DNA of 32,000 nucleotides from assembly GCA_965224465.1 (NCBI GenBank), contig OZ245049.1:2760001-2792000 (forward strand). The letters are read 5' to 3'. Position 1 is the first letter of the stretch. Each line of letters begins with the position of its first letter. Source of the DNA: Flavobacteriaceae bacterium (GTDB lineage Bacteria; Bacteroidota; Bacteroidia; Flavobacteriales; Flavobacteriaceae). The notes beneath the pieces were generated by a model. It ran no database searches, was not told the DNA's origin, and saw only the letters and a program-made list of their open reading frames with translations. Of this stretch, positions 26,667 to 32,000 are shown piece after piece. A program made the position numbers and the translations under genes.

Positions 26667-27767
26667 ATGAAAAGAGAAGATTTACGACACCTTTTGGCAT
26701 TACATCGCACAAAAGGCATTGGAGATATTGTAGCAAAAAAGCTAATTGTGCATTGCGGATCAGCAAAAGAGGTATTAGAAACCTCTAAAACAACACTACA
26801 AAAAATAAACGGAATAGGCAGTCACACACTTCGTCATTTACAGGATCAAAAGTACCTACAACAAGCAGATGAAGAGTTGAACTGGGCAGCTAAAAACAAT
26901 GTGCAAATCGTCTCTTTTTTCGATAATAATTACCCCGAAAACCTAAAACATTGTATCGACAGTCCCATCGTACTATTTACTATTGGAGATCAACAAATAA
27001 AAGACCGTAAATGCATCAGCATTGTAGGCACTCGAAACATTACTTCTTACGGACGTGAAATGTGCGAGGCACTTATTGACAAGTTAAAACCCTACAATCC
27101 TATTATCATAAGTGGATTTGCATACGGAGTAGACATCTGTGCACATCGGGCTGCTATTTCTAACAATTTACAAACCATCGGAGTACTCGCACATGGATTT
27201 GATCAGATATACCCAAAAATCCACAAACAATTTATGGTGCCCATAGAAAAAAACGGCGGCTTTATTACAGAATTCTGGAAAGGAGACCAACCATTGCGTG
27301 AGCACTTTCTTAAAAGGAATCGGATTATTGCAGGCTTATCTCAGGCAACAATCATTATAGAATCTGCCTCCAAAGGCGGTTCTCTCGTAACTGCGGACAT
27401 TGCAAATTCTTACAATAGAGATATTTTTGCATTTCCCGGCAGAACCTCCGATCAATTTAGTAAAGGATGCAACGAACTGATAAAAAATCACAAAGCAGCC
27501 ATTATTACTTCAGCCGATGACCTCATCAAAACATTGAATTGGGACCATCAAAAAACACCTCCTACCATCCAGAAACAGTTATTTATAGACTTGAACCCTC
27601 AAGAACAACAAATATATGACTACTTGCTAAAACAAGGGAAAACCATCTTGGATGCAATTGCCTTAGCAAACGGTTTTACTATCCAAAAAACAGTAAGTAT
27701 TCTGTTCAATTTAGAATTGCAAAGCGTTGTAAGACCATTGCCCGGAAAACAATACGAAGCGATCTAA
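26667..27767 (+). CDS. dprA: DNA-processing protein DprA (Smf)
   Basis: Rossmann-like DprA core (ISIVGTRNITSYGREM..., IISGFAYGVDICAHRAA, GSLVTADIANSYNRDIFAFPG) and a C-terminal winged-helix-like tail. Confidence 0.9.
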   Translation: MKREDLRHLLALHRTKGIGDIVAKKLIVHCGSAKEVLETSKTTLQKINGIGSHTLRHLQDQKYLQQADEELNWAAKNNVQIVSFFDNNYPENLKHCIDSPIVLFTIGDQQIKDRKCISIVGTRNITSYGREMCEALIDKLKPYNPIIISGFAYGVDICAHRAAISNNLQTIGVLAHGFDQIYPKIHKQFMVPIEKNGGFITEFWKGDQPLREHFLKRNRIIAGLSQATIIIESASKGGSLVTADIANSYNRDIFAFPGRTSDQFSKGCNELIKNHKAAIITSADDLIKTLNWDHQKTPPTIQKQLFIDLNPQEQQIYDYLLKQGKTILDAIALANGFTIQKTVSILFNLELQSVVRPLPGKQYEAI

Positions 27768-27786
27768 TCCGACACAGCTAAAAAAC

Positions 27787-29007
27787 TTACATTTTACGAA
27801 TCCAAAGTGCTGGGTTTACTGTTTTTATATCTTTCGAGATCACAAACCACAGGATTGTTTTCCCAGAAATCCTATCGGTATATATCGTCCCAATGGATTG
27901 CTTAGTAACTAATTTATCTCCTTTTTTAACATCCACACTCGCAAGGTTTTTATAAATAGAAATATAATTACCATGCTGTACTAAAACAGCCTTTTTATTT
28001 CCAGACATCAAAATAATTTCCATAACCACCCCCTTAAAAACGGCACGTGCTTTTGCTCCTTTATTCGTAGAAATACGCACTCCGTTACTCTTTATGGTTG
28101 TAGATCTCACAACTGGATGCGGTTGAGTTCCATAACGCATTGTAAGATATCCCTTTTTTACAGGCCATGGCAGTTTCCCTTTATTCGCTACAAATTGACT
28201 CGCAAGTTTTTTACTCTCTGGCGTCAGTTTAAAACCAGTACTCTTTGTCCCTTTTTTACTTCCTTTATTAGATTTCCGAATCGCATTTCTAATAATGGCA
28301 TCAATTTGGGCTGTTATTTTAGCTTGTTTTTTTTCAATTCCACGAATTTTTTCGCGATATGTACCTTCTTTTTCTTTTACTTTAACAATCAGTACTTCAC
28401 GCTCACGCTTTTGACTTTCTATTTTTGACTGAATTGATTTCCTGTCTTTAATCAATACTTCTTTATCTACTTTGCGCTCTTTTAAGGTATCATTCAACTT
28501 CCTTAACGTCCCTGTTTTAAACGCTATCTCTTCACCTTGTTTTTTACGAAAAGCAGTGTATTGTTTCATGTACTGAAACCGCTTATATCCTTGATTAAAA
28601 TTATCCGAAGACAATAAAAACATCAATTTACTCTGCTGCGATTTACTTTTATAAGACTTAAAAATGATAGCCGCATAATCCGCCTTTAAATCTTTCAATT
28701 CTTTTGTAAGAACACCAATATCCTTCTTATTCATAGATATTTCCTTTACCAAAGCATGCGACTCTAAGGAAATGGTCTTGATTAACTCATCATGTTTTCT
28801 GATTTTGGTATTCAAATCTCGGACATCGTTTAGTAAATTTTTTTCTTTGCGAACATTGTTAGAAAGCAAGGTGTTGATATACCGAATATCTTTTTTTAAC
28901 TGCACCTTACGCGCTTCTAACACCCGTCGTTTACCACGTTGGGCATGCGTAAAATTAACTGTCATTAAACAAATAACAAACAGCATAAAATACCGTCTTA
29001 AAATCAT
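27787..29007 (-). CDS. EnvC-like murein hydrolase activator: coiled-coil plus degenerate (non-catalytic) LytM/M23 domain
   Basis: Signal peptide and a ~250-aa Lys/Glu-rich coiled coil. In the C-terminal M23-like fold the metal ligands are replaced: HxxxD position reads NGVRI, Y.HL reads YKNL, HLH reads ILW. Confidence 0.75.
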   Translation of the reverse strand: MILRRYFMLFVICLMTVNFTHAQRGKRRVLEARKVQLKKDIRYINTLLSNNVRKEKNLLNDVRDLNTKIRKHDELIKTISLESHALVKEISMNKKDIGVLTKELKDLKADYAAIIFKSYKSKSQQSKLMFLLSSDNFNQGYKRFQYMKQYTAFRKKQGEEIAFKTGTLRKLNDTLKERKVDKEVLIKDRKSIQSKIESQKREREVLIVKVKEKEGTYREKIRGIEKKQAKITAQIDAIIRNAIRKSNKGSKKGTKSTGFKLTPESKKLASQFVANKGKLPWPVKKGYLTMRYGTQPHPVVRSTTIKSNGVRISTNKGAKARAVFKGVVMEIILMSGNKKAVLVQHGNYISIYKNLASVDVKKGDKLVTKQSIGTIYTDRISGKTILWFVISKDIKTVNPALWIRKM

Positions 29008-29768
29008 TATTTCAAACTTATTTTAGTGTATCCTTGAGGGATGCTAAATGGAAAACGAAGCGTCTTATCAAACTGCACTGCTTTAAAATCCAAATCTACG
29101 AATGTTTTTTTATTTTTTTCCTGTACTCGAATCTCAATTTTCTTAGGGATTTTATGCTGAAATTTAGGGTAGTTAACTTTCAACATATCAGAACTTGACA
29201 GCTCTTTTAATTGCTGACTACTCAAGGTGAAATCTTTAGGATTTACATGAAAAAACAACGCGTACAACTCCTGTTTCTTTTTTAAAGACAGCACATAATC
29301 CCCTTTTGAAACCCCGACAACAAGTTGCTTGTTTTTAAAAGTTAAAAGAGGCTTCCCTATTAAGATATTCTGAACTTGCTCAAAATCGAGAGGCATTCCA
29401 AAAAAATCGCTAATTAGAGAAAAATCACCTTCAAAATATGTCTGACTTAATTTTTCGTAAAATTGTACTTTTTCTGGAGTGATTTTAAGTTTCGCCATAG
29501 GAATCCCAAACTTCTTTACACTCATCCATATCATCTTATCCGTTTCTATCCGTAAATTAACAGCAAAGCCCATGGATACCTTATCGCTGACAAATTTGGC
29601 TTTAATTTTAGCAGAAATGGTTTTATAATTAGCAAACGTAGCTCTATTATATTTGGTGATTTTCTTAACAGACATTCGTTTTATACCTCCAGCATCTCCT
29701 ACTATCTTTTTTGTCTTACAACTTGTAAAACCAATGATAAAACAACACAACACAATTAATTTTCGCAT
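29007..29768 (-). CDS. DUF4292-family lipoprotein (LolB-like fold)
   Basis: Lipobox IIGFTSC-KTKK. Size and position (between the TPR and M23 genes) are typical of the Bacteroidota DUF4292 gene. Its TAA stop overlaps the ATG of the next gene by 1 nt (TAATG). Confidence 0.6.
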   Translation of the reverse strand: MRKLIVLCCFIIGFTSCKTKKIVGDAGGIKRMSVKKITKYNRATFANYKTISAKIKAKFVSDKVSMGFAVNLRIETDKMIWMSVKKFGIPMAKLKITPEKVQFYEKLSQTYFEGDFSLISDFFGMPLDFEQVQNILIGKPLLTFKNKQLVVGVSKGDYVLSLKKKQELYALFFHVNPKDFTLSSQQLKELSSSDMLKVNYPKFQHKIPKKIEIRVQEKNKKTFVDLDFKAVQFDKTLRFPFSIPQGYTKISLK

Positions 29769-29774
29769 ACTTTA

Positions 29775-30722
29775 CTACTCCTTTTTACTTAATTTTAAAC
29801 ATTTTACAGCAAACTTTTTTGCTTGTTTATTTTGATTCAACTTTCCATAACTCACCGACAATTGATGGTAAAACTCAGATTCCATTTTAGGATTCTCAAT
29901 CACAAAATCTACGCCAATGGTTAAGGTTTCAACGGCTAAATTAAATTTTTCTAGCTTATTTAAAGCAATTCCTTGAGATAAGTATAATTGCGCCTGTGCT
30001 GGAAAGAGCTCTAAACCACTTGAAGCATCCTTTAATAACTGTTTATACAACAGAAATTGCTCCTCGTATTTTAATAAATTTACATACGATTTATAGCTCC
30101 GATCTTGCTTCACTGCGGTTCTCAACCCAGCTAAACTCTTCTCCGGAAGATCTACATTGACTACGATATTATTTTTTGGAAGCAATCTTAGTAATAAATA
30201 CTTTTTCAGAGAAGCGGTCCGCAAGGTTGCGTATGCATTGTCTTCTGCCTTTTTAATCAAATCCAAGGCGCGTTCTTCTTGCTTGTTTTTTATATATAAA
30301 AGAATCAAAGCATCTACCTGTTTGGGAGAAATAGCTACTATTTTCTCTCTAATATTAATGGCATCAGCATACCTGTATTGTTTTGTATATACATTTGCTA
30401 AGTGATCTAAGACCCATTTATTTTCAGGCTCTTTAGTTAACAACAGTTGGGCAAAATATACGGCATCATCATAGGATAAAAGCAAGGCATGGACTTTAGA
30501 CAATTCAAACAAAGTTCCCGACTCTATTGAATCTAACTGATGTGCTTTCTCAAAACTCTGCAAAGCTTTTTGATAATTTCCAATACCTTTTTCTTTCAAT
30601 CCTGTAAAAAACAACTCGTGGAAATCCACGTATTTAGACGCTGCTAATTCTAACTGCCCATAGCCCGTTAATGTGATCATAAAACAGCACAGCGTAAGGG
30701 CTAAAAATTTATTCCAATTCAT
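29775..30722 (-). CDS. Tetratricopeptide-repeat protein with N-terminal signal/anchor
   Basis: Several TPR-like 34-aa units (e.g. GNYQKALQSFEKAHQLD, YADAINIREKIVAISP). The ORF track starts at 30824; ATG at 30722 (MNWNKFLALTLCCFMITLTGYGQ) gives a proper signal sequence. Confidence 0.7.
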   Translation of the reverse strand: MNWNKFLALTLCCFMITLTGYGQLELAASKYVDFHELFFTGLKEKGIGNYQKALQSFEKAHQLDSIESGTLFELSKVHALLLSYDDAVYFAQLLLTKEPENKWVLDHLANVYTKQYRYADAINIREKIVAISPKQVDALILLYIKNKQEERALDLIKKAEDNAYATLRTASLKKYLLLRLLPKNNIVVNVDLPEKSLAGLRTAVKQDRSYKSYVNLLKYEEQFLLYKQLLKDASSGLELFPAQAQLYLSQGIALNKLEKFNLAVETLTIGVDFVIENPKMESEFYHQLSVSYGKLNQNKQAKKFAVKCLKLSKKE

Positions 30723-30973
30723 AAACCATGTTTTATTTGCAATATACAATTTATCAATTGACAACAACCTAATTATCACCTTGCTTTGCTTTTTTACAGA
30801 TTCAAAAAACAACAAATCACCCACGCACTACGACAAAAAACAAACCTCGAACTGGAAGAAGTCACATTCTCGTGTTTTTTAACTATTTTTGTCGAAAATC
30901 AAGAAACAGTACACCAACGTTTCTTTGATAAAACCATTGGCACATTTGCCTATAGATTAAAAAAATACGAGTT

Positions 30974-32000
30974 GTGAATTATCTTTCAGTAGAAAACATA
31001 TCCAAAGCATACGGCGAACTGAGTTTATTTAGTGATATTACGTTTGGGATTAACAAGGATCAAAAAATTGCATTTATTGCAAAAAATGGAGCAGGAAAAA
31101 CGTCCATGCTAAATATTATCACTGGAAAAGAAACCACAGATAGCGGTAGAATTGTCCTTAGAAAAGGAATTAAAATGTCCTATTTATCTCAAGTGGACAA
31201 TTTAGACGAGACCCATACCATAGAAGAGTCTATCTTTAATTCGGACAATGATGTATTAAAAATAATTGCTCAATATGAAAAAGCATTAGAAAACCCAGAA
31301 AATGAGGATGCCTATCAAAAGGCGTTCGATTTAATGGATCATCACAATGCTTGGGATTTTGAAACACAATACAAACAGATTCTTTTTAAATTAAAGCTTG
31401 AAGATTTTACAAAAAAAGTAGGGGAATTATCTGGAGGGCAACGAAAAAGACTCGCATTGGCTGTTTTACTAATTCACAAACCAGACATCCTAATCCTTGA
31501 CGAACCAACAAATCATTTAGATTTAGAAATGATTGAATGGTTGGAAGAGTACTTTAGAAAGGAAAAAATAACCATTTTAATGGTTACACACGATCGTTAT
31601 TTCCTAGAACGTGTCTGTACAGAAATTATTGAACTAGACAATGGAAAACTATACACTTACAAGGGGAATTACTCTTATTATTTAGAGAAAAAAGACGAAC
31701 GTTTGGCTGCTGAGCAAGCTTCTGTTGACAAGGCGAAAAACCTTTTTAAAACAGAGTTGAATTGGATGCGTAGACAACCAAAAGCACGTACTACCAAATC
31801 CAAATCTAGGGTTGATGATTTTTACAAAATAAAGGAAGCCGCTCACCAACGTAGAGACGAACATAAAGTACAGCTAGAAATAGAAATGCACCGAATGGGG
31901 AGCAAGATTATGGAATTGCATAAAATTTCAAAATCGTTTGGAGATTTGGCAATTTTAGATCAATTTGAATATGTTTTCCAACGTGGAGAACGCATCGGAA
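30974..32000 (+). CDS. ABC-F family ATPase (two-ABC-domain, no TM; Uup/YheS-like), 5' part, continues beyond the window
   Basis: Not in the ORF track. The frame is open from TAG at 30953-30955 to the window end, with GTG at 30974 (VNYLSVENISKAYGELSLF...). It has Walker A (AKNGAGKTS), signature LSGGQRKRLALA, Walker B ILILDEPTNHLD and an ABC-F linker (RQPKARTTKSKSR). Confidence 0.85.
   Translation, partial: MNYLSVENISKAYGELSLFSDITFGINKDQKIAFIAKNGAGKTSMLNIITGKETTDSGRIVLRKGIKMSYLSQVDNLDETHTIEESIFNSDNDVLKIIAQYEKALENPENEDAYQKAFDLMDHHNAWDFETQYKQILFKLKLEDFTKKVGELSGGQRKRLALAVLLIHKPDILILDEPTNHLDLEMIEWLEEYFRKEKITILMVTHDRYFLERVCTEIIELDNGKLYTYKGNYSYYLEKKDERLAAEQASVDKAKNLFKTELNWMRRQPKARTTKSKSRVDDFYKIKEAAHQRRDEHKVQLEIEMHRMGSKIMELHKISKSFGDLAILDQFEYVFQRGERIG

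Noticed and set aside
28117-30405. Plus-strand ORFs 28117-28428, 28772-29026, 29653-29835 and 30157-30405, opposite the M23/DUF4292/TPR operon.
   Set aside because: They are Phe/Leu/Ser-rich translations of the antisense strand of Lys/Glu-rich coiled-coil coding sequence, which is a classic artefact.
30673-30977. ORFs 30673-30882 and 30786-30977 in the TPR/ABC-F divergent intergenic region.
   Set aside because: They have no motifs and overlap each other and the TPR start region. The space is better explained as divergent promoters. I cannot fully exclude a small protein.
31682-31864. 60-aa minus-strand ORF inside the ABC-F gene.
   Set aside because: It is antisense to a CDS with Walker and signature motifs.

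Overview
This is an AT-rich chromosomal segment whose gene content looks like Bacteroidota, probably Flavobacteriia. Supporting genes include a DUF4292 lipoprotein, an HU-CCDC81/SPOR protein, a LytTR two-component pair and a TonB-dependent receptor with a carboxypeptidase-regulatory N-domain. Most of the window is ordinary housekeeping or core-accessory coding sequence. Left to right it holds: a class-V aminotransferase; an intact IS5-superfamily insertion sequence; flavodoxin; small outer-membrane barrels; an XRE regulator divergent from an OMP plus 740-aa orphan lipoprotein pair; a glycerol-3-phosphate/glycerophosphodiester locus (glpR, then glpD-glpT-glpQ-porin); a TonB-dependent receptor abutting recO; a LytTR two-component system; PBP1C; an acyl-CoA thioesterase; an HU/SPOR protein; dprA; a TPR-DUF4292-degenerate-LytM (EnvC-like) operon; and the 5' part of a GTG-initiated ABC-F ATPase that the ORF track misses. 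I see no rRNA, tRNA, CRISPR array or recognisable defence, toxin or secondary-metabolite system. The most unusual signal is non-coding: a family of about 150-bp foldback (whole-length imperfect palindrome) intergenic repeats present four times in 32 kb. One copy has its 5' arm tandemly triplicated, one is split by the IS with a clean 6-bp target duplication, and one is a half or degenerate copy on the opposite strand. All family calls rest on motif recognition from the translated ORFs, not on database searches.
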